From Trichosphaerium sp. ATCC 40318 (lineage: Eukaryota > Protista > Tubulinea): a stretch of 64,000 nucleotides of DNA. A program made the position numbers and the translations under genes. The stretch is taken from positions 186,001-250,000 of the forward strand of contig JALMLS010000056.1 of assembly GCA_038496445.1 (NCBI GenBank). The letters run 5' to 3'. A model generated the notes under the pieces. The model saw only the letters and a list, made by a program, of their open reading frames with translations, was not told the DNA's origin and searched no databases. Positions 23,928 to 37,764 of the stretch are shown in pieces (positions within the stretch are counted from its first letter, which is position 1; every line of letters starts with the position of its first letter).

Positions 23928-25890
23928 TTATCCTGATTTATCTTTTACTAGAACTCTAGACTCATTTCCTGTAATAGAAACAAGTAAGATTAATGGTTTT
24001 AAAAAACATGACAAAAAAAAGAGTGATACATACCGACAAACAATGGACCCATGCGTATGTAAGCTAGTATATCACCGATTTGTTTAGGTGTTATTAATCC
24101 TTGGTTATCGCGTGATGTAGCAGCTATACGTTGTACTATAGCGAACTTCCAGTCTTTGCCTGAGAGAAATTAAATACTACGAAAAAAAACGGAAAAAAAC
24201 CACAAAGTTTTTGTTTTCCTTTCGTTCTTTTTTCATGTGCTTGAACTATGAATGTTTACCTATCCTGGTGTCTTCTGTAGATCTATCCATTAAGAATTCG
24301 AATGTACCAGGTTCATTTAGAAACTCAATAACAGCCCAAGGATATCGTAATACTTGCTCAAAAACTGCAAACGCTGCATAACGAAGTGCTGTAGTTTGTG
24401 TACGAATAACATGGACAAAATGATGCGTTGTGCCATCACCAAGCGCAATATTCTTGTAGAATTCCTTTACTATACTAGATTCCTCTTTGGTACGCCTAAA
24501 ATATAAGTTACAACGGAGAATCAAATGAAGAACAAAAAACGCGAGAAAAAAGCTATTCTCATTTCTTTCTTAATAGTGACAACAGAACTTACTTTCTAAT
24601 CATGGCAGAAACCGTAGCATAACACGCAGCTCTAAAATCAATACTTGAAGAGTGCAGGTGCTCATTGAATAGAGCCATAAGAGAAATATTATCAATGGAA
24701 GTAAGCAAAGAAAAACCTGCTGAAGAAAGCCCAATACCGCCAATAACCGTAAGTATAGTACCCTAGAACAATTAAAAAAAATTCTACACAAATCACATTT
24801 TGTTTCTTTTTGCTTACCAGTAATTGTTCATTCTCTCCTTCTAGAATACTTTTGAACACGTTCAAGTAAGGAACCTTAAAGAGCTCTGTAACAAATTCAT
24901 CACCCTGTAAAAGCCGTTAATAAAGGTGTATGCCTTCATTGAAAGTGTACCTGAGCTGAAACGTCACCAACAAACATTGCTATTTTGCACATCATTTGTG
25001 TTAAGCTATCATCAGGATCTTCTTTGCATAACATATCATGAAATCCTTTTAATGCGCGCTCTTTATTCAAGTAGGCCACGCCACGTACTGATTTACAAAT
25101 CTAGTATTACAAGCAATTAATAAAAAAGCAAGTCATAAAGATAAATCCATACTTTAGTTGCTAATTCAATACCACTAGTAGCAATCAAGAAATCATCATC
25201 ATCAAGCGTGTCTAGGGCCATTTCCAGATACCCTCGTTGCTGTAGCTGGAGGAAAAAGGTAAACAAGCGAAGTATTGTTGATGCAAACGTACTTGTTCAA
25301 AGGTTGCTTCTGAAATAGATGACATATCAGAGAAAAGGTCCAACATACGCATTCTAATAACGCCTTGTGATGATAGCAATATGGTAAAGTGAGCAATAAC
25401 GGATTTATTCTGAAAAAGCAAATGTAGCTTGTCTGGGTATGTTGCAAGTGCTAGAAGTGGGTTTTAGTACGTATGACACCAAATTAGTCATTTATTGTTT
25501 GTACCAAGTACAGTTCGTGTAGCCTCCTCAGCAACGCCCAAGTTTTCGTCGCCAATGCAGTCAACAATGATTTCTATAATGTTGCTTGCATTTAGCAAGT
25601 CAATGACATTTTTATCGTAGGATATCATTTTAGAGGTTACTCTGAGACAGTATTGACGCATTCCAGGCGATGAGGTCTGTTTTTGGAGTCCTTGCAGCAA
25701 AAGTGCGTTACCCTTTTAAATATTAAATTTGAACGACTCTTACGCGTACGGGCTCTGTTAAAATATCATTGCGAGCGTTTTCAGATTCCAATGACTTCTC
25801 TATGAGTAGTAATATGTCATTACGGTCCCATTCCGTTTTTGCAGATGTTAATCGGTTAACTAATTGTAACACGCTCTTTTGTGCGCTCAT
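23928..25890 (-). CDS. PSMD5: 26S proteasome assembly chaperone S5b/Hsm3 (ARM repeats)
   Basis: DDFLIATSGIEL; C-terminal PGTFEFLMDRSTEDTRIGKDWKFAIV...YIRMGPLFV matches the PSMD5 C-terminus as recalled. Confidence 0.8.
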
Positions 25891-26014
25891 GGTTTGCTTT
25901 TAGGATAAATTGACAATTTACCTCCATTGACTGTATTATACCGAGTTTTGATTGGTCATTTACTCATCTAACGTCTTATGGTGCTCGTATAACTAGTTTT
26001 TTGCTTGTTACATA

Positions 26015-29000
26015 ATGTCGTTCATACACGCAAAAACTAAACACTCCAAACATCCATGGAGTGCGTTCTTCAAACGAGGGAAATCTGTAGAGGATAACAG
26101 GTAACAATCTAAACAGCTAAAAGAAATTTTCGTTCATTCAACCACCCAGCAGAGTTGATGTGCAAGAGGTTCGAAAAACAAGAGAGATGGTAAAAACAGC
26201 CAAAAACTTAGAAGCAGCTAAAGTACCGTATATTTACTTTCCACACGCACTGACACGCTAAGGCGAAACAACTTGAAGAATATGAACAAGAAGTAGCCGA
26301 AATAGAGAAAAAAATAGCCGAACTAGCCAGCGAGAGCAGGGATCTTAAAAATGAGTGGGTAGCTGCGCTTGGAGGAAGCGTACGAGTTATTTAGACATTT
26401 AATTTATTGTTAGTTAACGGAGTATGTCACAACGTTACTAGTTATCTAACAGACGTTCAGGCTATCACAAACGAACTACAAGGTGCCGGTACTTGCTTTG
26501 CAACATCAAAAGGTGACCTAGAAGCGTTAAAAGCGATGAAAGCGGCAGGCGCAAACTTTGACCACAGTAAGGCCCAAAAGAATCAACTAGTAGACAATAA
26601 TTAACTTTTTTGTACAGCGGACGTTGATGGACGTTCCCCTCTACACCTAGCCGCCTCAGAAGGCCATGAAGAGATTGTAAAGTACCTTTGCAAACAAGTT
26701 AGTAACACAAAGTGTCAAGCAGCTGTCGCATTTAAAACAAACTCTTAGGGTGCTGGTGTATATCAAAAAGATAGATGGGGAGTAACACCAATGAAAGAGG
26801 TAAGATATCGATGCATTGGTGTTCGTTGATCTTAAATATTGTTAAAACAAGGCGTTGCGTAATGGTAGATGCGAATTAGCATGTCTTATTGAACAATATG
26901 TGGCAGACCGTGAAAAAAGCTTAATTGTTAGCCAAGCTGGAGTACGACGGAAAAATGTTTTACACTACAAGTGTAATTGGCATTCTTGCTTTTTTGTTAA
27001 ATGATTCTGTCGTAGGAGGTAAATTATCTTCCAGTGCGTGCAGCTGTTAAGAGACCATCATATTTGACATCTCTGGTCCGAGAAGATATACAGAAAGCAG
27101 ATACAGGCCTTAGCTATGAGGTTAGTGTTTGTTTGTTGTTACATGTCGCTGAACCCTTCTGTATCAGGAACTCTTGACAAATCTGTTCTCGTTGACTACT
27201 AAGGATGAGTCAATTAATTCAAGCACCTTTATTGTTACTTATGAGTACTTTACTGATGGCTTCTCACTATTGACTCGTTTGATTGACTTGTATTCACAAA
27301 AAGAGCAAACAAAAGCCATGAAGTTCACACAAATGAAGTGCGTTACTGCCACAGTAGTGTTCTTTTTTTTCTCACTTTTTTCATGTTAGAATAGTTTATT
27401 TTCTGAAGCAGTGGATTCAACTCAAGTACCATTTGCTAAAGAGAAGTATAAAATGGGCGAATAAGTTTGAAGAATTTCTAAAGTCGTTTAAAAAAGGAGA
27501 TGAGCGTACTTGGTGTGAAGTTCTTACAGCAACAATGGTATAAACCAACAAAAGATGAGAAAGTGTGACGCCTGATTGTTTTTTTGTAGAAAGAATATTC
27601 AACTATTGAAATACCAACTACGCTTGATCCCCAAGAACCTATGGTAACTGAAGATGATTTGAAGGCTCTTAATTTAAGTGAATCTTGGACGGAACTTCCA
27701 GAATTCGAGATTGCAAGGCAATTGTGTGTTATTGATTACAAGCATGCAAAATGTGTGTATTAGGAAATTTCGTGTTAAAGTCGGCTTTATTTACACTTCT
27801 TATAGCTGTGCCTCTTAAAGAATATTACCATCGATCATGGGAAAAGCATGGACATGAAGATACAACCGAATCAAAACTACAGAGCATAAAATCTCACTAT
27901 GAGGCGGTATGCAAAATTGACTGTCTCTTTTAGTTCCTTGTGTTGAAGTATCTGTTGTTTAGGTTACTGAATGGGTACGTAAGAGAGTTAGAGGCGCAGA
28001 GGAGCCAACAAAGATGATACAAAAGTTTATAAAGATAATGAAGGTAAAGAAAAAATCCGACGGACTTCATTAGCATACTTTATACTGACGTAATTTTTCT
28101 AGGCTTTGTGGGAACAAAAGAATTTTCAAAGTTTGAATGCCATTCTTTCAAGTCTTAGAGTACTTAAAAAAGAGGGTTTCTGGCATGTATGTGGCCGTTT
28201 GATCAAATAGTGAAATGGGGTTTTTTCGCTAATTTTTTTTTAAAGACTGTTGAAGAAACTAGTGCCATGACGACTTATGATGCTATTGCTATGTTGCTTA
28301 ACCCAAGAAAAAACTATTCTAACTATTATGACTACTTGAAGAAGAAAGTATCTCCGCCAGCAGTGCTTTGTTTAGGTACGTCACAGCTGTTCTAAACACT
28401 ACTTCTTTTTCCCACTTCTATAAGTTTTTTTTTTGAATGCAAAGTTTTATTTCTCACTTTTTACTTAGAGGCAACGCTTTCGAAGTTAAGAAAGTATGAG
28501 AGTGCACCAGATGAGTTACCAGATGGTAAAATAAACTGGACAAAAATGCAACAGTTAGGTAGCATTTTTCAATTGATCCTCAAGTACCAACGTATTCCTT
28601 ACTCAATACATGTGCGTGTGACGACTCTCAAAACATGTTCTTTTTTTTTCTGTTTTAATTATTTTGATGATAGGAGCTTCCTGCACTTATTTCATACTTT
28701 GGCACACTTGGCCTTTTCGACTTTGATAAAGGTGCAAATCTTGTTACTACTTCTCAAGAACGTACGTCAGGTTCATTCAGTTTTGTTTGACGCCAAGTAA
28801 TCTGCTATCGTTATATTACAGCTGGTTTTTTTAACTTTTTGCCGGCAGCAAATGAGAGTGGTTGTGTTCCTAGAATGAAACAGTGGGTGAGCAGAAGTTA
28901 TAAAAAATTCCAAACGTAAGTGTTTTTTTTATTTGCTGTTTTAATGGGTCATTTAGCACTTCACTTGGAAAGGCGGATGAGATAACAAGAAATCTATCAT

Positions 29001-29549
29001 TCGGGCCGCAAGCAATAGTATGTACTTTTTCCAGTTTGACAAGAAAGACTCTAAGTTAGTTTTGTATTCGTTTTTTTATTTTTTTTATGACTACTTTTCT
29101 CACTTTTTTCAGCACGACAAGAAAGTTCGTAGTCAATTCTATGCATATTTAGAGCACAAGTACTGTGCAGAGAACCTTTGGTTTTATGAATGCGTTCGGG
29201 CGTTTAAGAAGATAAATATTAATGACGTTGAAGACTCTAAAGGTACAAGTTTTTTTTATCTTGTCCAATATTCCACTCACAACTGCTAGATAAAGCAAAT
29301 TTGGTGTATCAGGTGTTCATCCACAAAAAGGCAAAGATGCCTATAAGTATGTTATATTCAAAAGATGTTTTCTGATTGATCCCTTTAGCATTGGCAGCCA
29401 GTTTAAGAAAGGAAATTGAACGAAAGATCAATGAGCATCAAATTCAAAAGAACCTCTTTACTGATGCTTTGGCAGAAGTGGAGCCATTAGTGCGTCAAGA
29501 ATGGACAGGATTCCTTACACAAAGAGAGAGGGAAAAAGCGCACCAATAA
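26015..29549 (+). CDS. Ankyrin-repeat + RasGEF (REM/CDC25) + RGS domain protein
   Basis: Ankyrin DVDGRSPLHLAASEGHEEIVKYL/DRWGVTP; REM FIVTYEYFTDGFSLLTRLIDLY; CDC25 EIARQLCVID...KNFQSLNAILSSL...NYSNYY...DGKINWTK; RGS FYAYLEHKYCAENLWFYECVRAFK...NLFTDALAEV. Confidence 0.85.
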
Positions 29550-29825
29550 CAAAAAACAACAAGGTGCCGCCATGTACAAAAAATAAAATAAAGATAGTTG
29601 AAAATTGTTATGAATATTACACCTGATATTTCAAATAATAGTTTATTGGTTTGACCGTGTAAATTACACCCACACGCAATCAACAAAGTAAATATAGTAT
29701 GTACAGTTCAGCAACGCTTTGCTTTTTTTTGTTTATCAACTTTTTTTTTTGTTGCACAGCTCAACACATATTTATGTGTTTTTATTGTTTCAATGTTGTA
29801 CAGTCACGATTTACCGTGACACCCC

Positions 29826-30901
29826 TCATCTCTCGCTCTTGGTTAAGTTGCGAATAAGTTCAGCAAGAGGCACCATCTCACGCTTATCAACGAGCCCAAA
29901 TTCAGTCACAAAATAGTAAAAGTGCCTGTACAAATAGTTGTTAACATGTTAGCGGCATGTTTGCGTACTTGAAGCAAGTGTTCAAATGGGCTTCTTCACC
30001 AAGTGAAATTATTTCGTTAAAGTGAGAGTAATAGATATGAGCGTATACTCTACAGGTAATAAATAAATATATACGCCAATGAAGAAATACACGGAGTAGA
30101 ATACGGCATGTATTTTCAGTTTTTATGTTTTCGCCGAGAAAGGAAACCACCAAAGGCGTATTATCCGAAGTTTGGTACTATATCTTACCTGAAAAATCGA
30201 GTAAATATCTTCTTCATTAATCCAGTAAAGGACTTAGGGAATGGAACGTCTACGATACAAGGAAATAAGTATTGAAATCACAAACTTGTAAAACAAAAAT
30301 ATGGAGTTCTAATTTCGTACCAACGCGTGAAGGAAAGGTTGTTTCATCGTCTAGTTTGCTCTGTACCCACGTCATTAAGTAGTCAACATAATCTGGTGCT
30401 GACACGCGGATTGGCTTTTTAAATTTCTCTCCGTCAGCCCACAGGTATTCATACCTACGTAGTTGACGTTTAGTAAAACAATAGACCAAAAGAAACCGAA
30501 TTGCGTTAGGGGCGTTTTTAGTACTTACCTCGGACCAGCGTTCATTACAGGACATGATTTACAGGAGCAATACTCGATTATTGAGCCGTAGAGGAGGTTG
30601 ATCTGATTAAAGAAGTCCACAGCTGTTCAATCGAGTTATAAAGGTGCTAATGTATCAAATACGTACTATTTACTGCGAGCCATTCATTAATATCTTCCCT
30701 TGCAGGCAGTTTAACTGCTGCCTTCAGATTTCCGGAACCGAGCGTAGCTTTTGCGTGCTTATGCAATTCATGCCTCTTGGTGTTAGGGTTGTGCTTCTTC
30801 TTTGGCCGAAAGGTTTTATTTTTATCTGCCTTACTGTAGAAGCGTAAATAGGTGTACTAAGATCGTAATAAAAGAATACAATCGTACAATATCTTTTTCA
30901 T
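29826..30901 (-). CDS. MOB1: MOB kinase activator 1
   Basis: [75 protein letters not shown]. Confidence 0.95.
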
Positions 30902-30994
30902 GTCGCGGACTTTTACGTTTAAAGTTTGACAGGAAGCTGCTCAAAAAGGTGACTTAACAGTACTGGAAAAACCTTGTAAATAACGCCAAGCACC

Positions 30995-33162
30995 ATGGCC
31001 GATTACTATGTTAAAGTAAGCGCAGTGAGAGAAATAATACAAGCGAAAATAAACGAGAAAAACAAGTAATTCTTCTTGTAGGCTAGTACAATTATAAAGG
31101 AGCTTCAAAGTGGAAAGGTAGCCCTCCGTTCGTTGCTGTACACTACAGAAAACAAAGGAGCAAAGAATATTAGAACCATTTATGCTCTCGTTATCAATAC
31201 ACTCAAACGTACGCGTAATTAAGTATTTTTGATATATTTACAGAACCACAGATTGGCCTTTGTTATGTCACATTGTAGAAAAATCCCAGCTTCTCCAGAA
31301 AGACAAATGGCTGCGTAAAAAAGACTATCTGATACATGTAATGCTATACGATCACCTGTTATCTGGAAAAGGACTATCAGGTACATAATTCGCTCGCATG
31401 TCACCTATAACGCGTACAGGTGGTGGACGTGTCAAACAATTATTTGATAAATACAAGAACAGTCTATCATCGACCTTAACAATGTACAAACTCAAAAACA
31501 AAATATCAAACCCAGAGGACTTAATCCCAGAGGAATTCAGAGACCTGGGTACGTAACAAACGTTTAAACTTGCAACTGACACTCAATAATAGTTGATTTT
31601 CCTCGTTATGTATGTGTAAACACGCTCAAAATGACTACAGACGAGGTGCTAGGTACGTTGCTAGATAGAGCCTACAACAGTGTCCTAATAAGAAAAAATA
31701 AGAGTGGTTTCAGGAACAAGGTTGGACAATAGAGAAAGATGTTTATAAGCCAACAAAAGAGAACTTATTGGCAATCGCCAATACGTACGGTATACTTTAC
31801 ATTACTACTTAGGATTCACCCTTCGCCAACAGGAAGCGAATACACAGGGACAATTTCCTTGATCACGTGCTGGTTTTTCCTCCTGGTGCCAATTTGGTAG
31901 ATACACCGCTGTACAAGGAAGGTAAAATTATATTACAAGATAAGGTACCTCCCAAAATAAACAATAACTTATTGTTTATACCATTTAAAATAGGCGTCAG
32001 TTATGGCAGGATATGCTGTTCAGTGTCCTCCAGGCTCCATGGTTTTGGATGGCTGTGCTGCACCTGGCATGAAAACACAAGCTATTGGACAATTACTAAA
32101 GCAATTCGGTACGTAAATAACAGCAAAATATAGTACAATTACTAAGGGTGTGTAGGTACATTAGTAGCTATTGACAGAGATGAGAGTCGTGTTAAGAAAT
32201 TACAATATACTTTAAACAAACACGGCATAGAAAATGCTATGGTACAACAATACTCGTTTCAATATTCTGTAACATATGTTTGTAGGTTATACAGCAAGAT
32301 TTCTTACAAATTGATCCAAAAGAAGAGCCATACTGTAATGTAGAGTACATCTTACTGGATCCAACATGTACTGGTTCAGGTATGTTCAAGTGATAGTACA
32401 ATAACAATGGACATTAACGTTGCAAAGGCGTTGTCACGCCACTAGATAAGTTAATACCAACCCCTCCAGAGAAGCAGCAATCGTTTCCAAAGGTACTGAA
32501 CCTTTTTTTGGACAAATGACCAACATATTTTAGGGATTAAACGATAAACAAAAAGAACGAGTTATCCGGTTACGGTATAGCATTTTAATAGTCAATCTCT
32601 AACAACGTTTACTAATTTATTTAAAACAGGCAGAAAAAGCGTAAGAAACGCTTGGATAGAATGCAAGCAAAAGGCATATTATCAAATGAAGGTATGTCCA
32701 CGTGATTTAACCCTTTTTTTTTTTGCAATTGTTACTAAATCTATTCCCTTAGAAAAGAGAATAGCAGAGCTTGCTAAACTCCAGTCATCAATGATAAAAC
32801 ATGCAATGACATTCCCAAAGGTTAAACGTATAGTATACTCAACTTGTTCTATCAATGAAGGAGAAAACGAAGGTGTTGTTAAAGGTATTGTAGATTGGTG
32901 CGCAAAGACAAATAATGGATTCAATGTCGTTACAGTATTACCTGAATGGACTGGACGTGGTTTAGATAAGTACACAGACGGCCCAAAATGTATTAGAATG
33001 AACACAGAGATTCATCAGTGCATTGGATTCTTTATATCAGCATTTGAAAGAAATATTGAAAGCGGAGAAGATAATAAATCAAGAAACACTGTAAAGAGGT
33101 CTGGAGATTCCTTGGAAAATTCAAGTCCCAAGAAAAAGCAAAGGCGTAAAAAGACATTGTAA
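30995..33162 (+). CDS. NSUN5: 25S/28S rRNA cytosine-C5 methyltransferase (Rcm1/NSUN5)
   Basis: PRYVCVNTLK, IILQDKAS, VLDGCAAPGMKT, ILLDPTCTGSG, IVYSTCSINEGENEGVV, GFFISAFER. Confidence 0.9.
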
Positions 33163-33596
33163 TAAATAATACTTTAGCTATTTGAGGGGTAATCAAAAAC
33201 CTATTTTACACTTACAACAAAATGACGTTTTTGAAATCTCTTGTAGTCGTGCGTAGAGGCTCAGTATATTCATATAAATACATGACTCATCACGCAGAGG
33301 ATGTGCAATAGGTTACACAACTGATGAGTTGAAATAAAAATGACGAATAAGTTTGAACATGCTGACTAAACAGGTTAGAATCGATTTGCAATAGAGCATT
33401 GGTTGTAAGGGGTAAAAGTTTACATACACCCGGTAGATCGGTGGTAAGTAATTCGTTTCTGAACGGGAAAGTGCTCAACTTGCTTAAAATTGCTTGTGGG
33501 TCACTTTGACGCGTACCAGAAACAGATTTAAGAAGTATTATCAAGTTTGGTATTTAACTCCCGCCCAGGACTCCACGCGCACTTGTAGGACCTCCC

Positions 33597-36500
33597 ATGG
33601 ATCCAAAGAGAGATTCTTCTACATCACTTTATCCAGATTTGCACCTAGATTTGCGGTCATCAACAAATGCTATAGTATGTGACACTGAAGAGACCGAAGA
33701 CTCTAGTTCAGTAACATGGACGCCTGGTAAACTATAAATCGTTTGATGTTAACTTTTTAACGCTACATTACAGACAAAGCGCTTCCGCACTGTGAGATAT
33801 GCGCAGAGCGCTTCAGCATGTTAGTGAGAAGGTACACTCTTATTTTCCCGAGTATTTGCCTAACATCGATCCTTAGGCACCACTGTCGCAAGTGTGGGCG
33901 TCTGGTACGGTTTAAAAACGCGCTCGAACAAAAATAATTTATACCGAAACAGTTTGATCAAATTATATTGAAAATTGTACCAACATTTCTAAAAGGTGTG
34001 TGGAAGCTGTTCTCCATTTAAAGCAGCAGTGACAGTAAAAACACGGGTTGAAAAGAATGCCAGAGTTTGTTGTCTATGCCATAAACCAGCAAGTGGTTCT
34101 AGAAAGAGTTCTAGAGCTCACGCAAGGAAACTGTCAAAGTACGTTTGTTTTTATTTTTTTTTCTGACGAACAAATTATTTTTCATTCTTTAAAAAAATGG
34201 TGATGGTGTCATCTATCGTTCACATTAATTATTTAATAATTTGTTATGCTTCTTTTTTGTTTATTTATTGTAGGTCTGTTTCTGGTAGTATAATGCGTTT
34301 ATTTGATAAAGTAATGAGAGATTCTTATGATGATGATACTGCGCTTGATCCTGCCTTTGAGTACGTTTCGAGTAAAAAAACTCATCAAAAAAAAAAAGAA
34401 AATGGTACTCCATTTTTAGTAACTTCTTTACTCAGGATAGTTTTGAAAACAAAGGCGAGAATGTTACATGTCAGTGAAGCTGTGGTAAAGCGAGCTATAT
34501 TAAAGTGGTTGAAACTGTGCCCTGAACCACATCTCGTGCATGCCGTTGTAAAGTACGTCTGAGCAAAAAAAAATTGTTCAAAGAATACCAATTGGATGTG
34601 TTTCCTTTATTCGCTTATCATTTAATTTAATAGCAAAGACATGGCACAACATTATTTTGGCTTTTTGGATATTCAAGGAGACGGTGCCCCTAGTCTCGGC
34701 GATCATTTGGCGAGGAGATTAGAAAATATAGACTTTAATGAGTTTATTCGATTGAAAGTACAGATAGACTCAGGTGCAAGTGTAATCGATTGGTTCTATG
34801 AACAGGATGCTGACGGCAATGTTCAAGTTGAACAGATTATTGCCATTATCCTGAAGGTACGTCTCATAATGAGAACAGTTTTTTATGTCCGATTTGCTAA
34901 CATGTTGTGTAGATGGACAAATACCTTGATGAACTTGGTGTTACACCTTCTTTATTCCGGCAAAACCGTATCCGACGTGCTAGCGTATTTGCTATGCAGT
35001 GGACGGAAGAACATGGCAGAGCTGTTTGTGGCACTGCAAAACAAGAATTTTTGAGGTTATTGGAGCACACAATGTTCCCTGGTATTGCACCAATCCCAGA
35101 ACGCATGCCTCAACATATTCCGATGCGTCAGATTGGATTTATGGACCAACCAGAGATGGATCTCAGCATGGCGATTCAGGCTGGTATTCAGCTTTCATTT
35201 GACGTCAGCTCAACACTGGAGAGTACAGCATCATCCTTTATGCTAACGTACGAGCACATGACATGGTGCATGCATTTTTTTTACGTTTGGCTTCTAGACT
35301 CCCACCAGTTGCAAAGCCTTTGGCTTCAGATTGTAAATCTCCACCGAGATTTGCTACATTTACTTGCTATAACGCTGCTCAATTCAAAAAGATTCGTGCT
35401 TTGTATGGTATTGCTGAACATCAGTATTTTGAATCCTTATCTCTCGTACGTATTATACTTAGTTGTGTTTTGTTGACGACGGTTTTAGGAGTCCTTACTC
35501 ACACGTCTTGTATTTAAAGGCAAATTTAAGCCAATGAGACGTGTGGGCTCATTTGGAAAATCCGGGAGTCTATTTTATTTCTCTGCTGATGCCAAGTACC
35601 TTGTAAAAACAATCACAGAGGCAGAGGCTCAAAACCTCATAAATCTTCTACCAGACTATATAGAGCACTTATCGAAACCACAACCCAGCCTTTTAACACC
35701 TATGGTGGGTCTGTACAAAATGGCTAATGGAATAATGTCTTCGTTTTATATCATCGTTCAACGTAATATTCTGCCTTCAGATAGGCCTTTGGACTTATTG
35801 TATGATTTAAAGGGTTCTACAGGTACATAATTACTACTTACGAGGTTGAGCGATTTTCAATGACTGACTTTGCAATAGCTGGTAGATCAACACCTGTGGA
35901 TCAACAAAAACCAGGAGTGCCTTTAAAAGACCTGGATTTGGATAGGTTCTTTGCATTTGACCAAACAACAGCCAGTAATATCAACAAAGCTCTTGCGTTT
36001 GATGCAAAGTTCTTGAGCGCTCATGGTTTAATGGACTATAGTTTATTAGGTACGCAATGCTATCCCATAAAGAGCGTGCTTTTTTTTTGACATTTTCCTT
36101 TTGGTTGTCAGTTGCGACACCAGGCACTTTATTTGTGTAATATTTGGGTTGATTTTATTTAGTTGGTATAACAAAAACGGTTCCTGGTTCAAGGGAAGCT
36201 GATCTTTTAGATCCATCATGTAAAATTGCAAAAGGAACTTGTATAAACTCTTTCGATGAGAGTGAGCAATTTTTCATGGGTATAATTGATTATCTGGTTA
36301 ATTATGATGCTCTAAAGAAACTTGAGAATGGCGTTAAGACTCTACTTAAAGCTGATAAACGAAGTAGTAGAGAGGGTATCAGTTGTGTACCGCCTAGCGT
36401 GTACGAAAACAGATTTGTACATTTTTTACACTCTCGAGTAGTTGGCGCTTCGAAAGTCGTTCTAGGAGGCCATAAGGATGCTGGTTTAAGTGCCTCTGCA

Positions 36501-37151
36501 CAATGGAGGGGAGTAGCTTCCACTAGACGAGATAGAATACTGGGTCAACACAAAGACAACGTAAAACGCGAACGAGATGGCAGTACAACAGAAGGCTCTA
36601 AGCGTAAAACAATTGACTCTACATACAAGAAAAAACATATACAACGTAGAAGGGGTTCAGTTAGTTGGGTTAAAGGTAGTAGAGACGCTAGGTGTCACAT
36701 TTTAGAGTCATCGCCTACTAAGGTAATATTACTTTGCAAAGAGTTTTTGTTATTTCCTTTTTTGTAGACTAAGTACTTTACTCAGGATGACCCTGAACGC
36801 TCTCCAAGTGATACTCGCGGACGCTCACGTACTTCTCCTCAGAGTCCTCCATCTGCACTACCCAAAAAAAAAGTAGAACACACAGAACCTGTGCCGAGAC
36901 TGTACCCAGTGTTGGATATGAACGATTACGAAACACGTAGAAGACGTGAAGAAGAGCGACGAGAAATAGAGTCTTACCGAAAACGGCGAGATCAAGAAGA
37001 AAAAGCATCACGGGACCAAGCTAGAGAGGACAGAAGGCGACAAAGGCGATCTAAACGGCGTCATAGTAACTTGCATGATGATGCCTCATCTGATGGTGGA
37101 TCCACACCTACTACACCTCGTACCCCGCGAAAACAGGAAGAAAACGTATAA
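33597..37151 (+). CDS. FYVE-domain phosphatidylinositol-phosphate kinase (PIPK)
   Basis: FYVE WTPD..CEIC...RRHHCRKCG..VCGSC...RVCCLC; PIPK GKSGSLFYFSADAKYLVKTI, YDLKGS, LKDLD, LMDYSLL, GIIDYL, ISCVPPSVYENRF; charged C-terminal tail. Confidence 0.88.
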
Positions 37152-37764
37152 TTTTTCGGCTCTTTCCTTAAAAATATGTTTTTAGCTCTTCATTCCAGGA
37201 TGATTTATAAAATGTTTTGTTTGTATACTAGAACCTACTACTAATAAATAAGCGCTTGTGTTGTTTTCATAAAAAACAATGTCTGAGCACTCACATTATT
37301 TAAACGAAATAGATTTTGTTCTCTCGCCAAACGCAACGCGTGCACAAGTACGCACTGTTTTCGATTTCTTTTTCGCTGGAATGATATTCGGTAATACGTG
37401 TAGAGGGCCTAATAAAGTCCTGTTGTGTACGCGGTAGTAGGCTTTACAGACATTTGGATATAGCATAAGGCAAATATGGAATCGCCTAATTGGTCAGGGT
37501 AAAAGAAAGAAGTAGTTCCAAAACTGCTATCGTTGTTTGTATGGTACATACTAGAGCACACGTACACGTAATTTGAAACAATGCGACACAAAAGTAAAAG
37601 CCTGAATAAAAGGTTGGATTCGCGAGTTTATAGCACAACAAACTTACGGTATCTACAGCTAAACAAGGAGAAACAATATTCCTTTTTTGTACACTTATAC
37701 CGTAAATGCTCCTTTTAACAAAAATACACCTAAACCACCACACGAGCTGAACACACCCCACAAA

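Noticed and set aside
4403-25890. Two 19S assembly chaperones (PSMD9, PSMD5) in one window as a functional cluster
   Set aside because: They are about 19 kb apart with many unrelated genes between; chance is sufficient.
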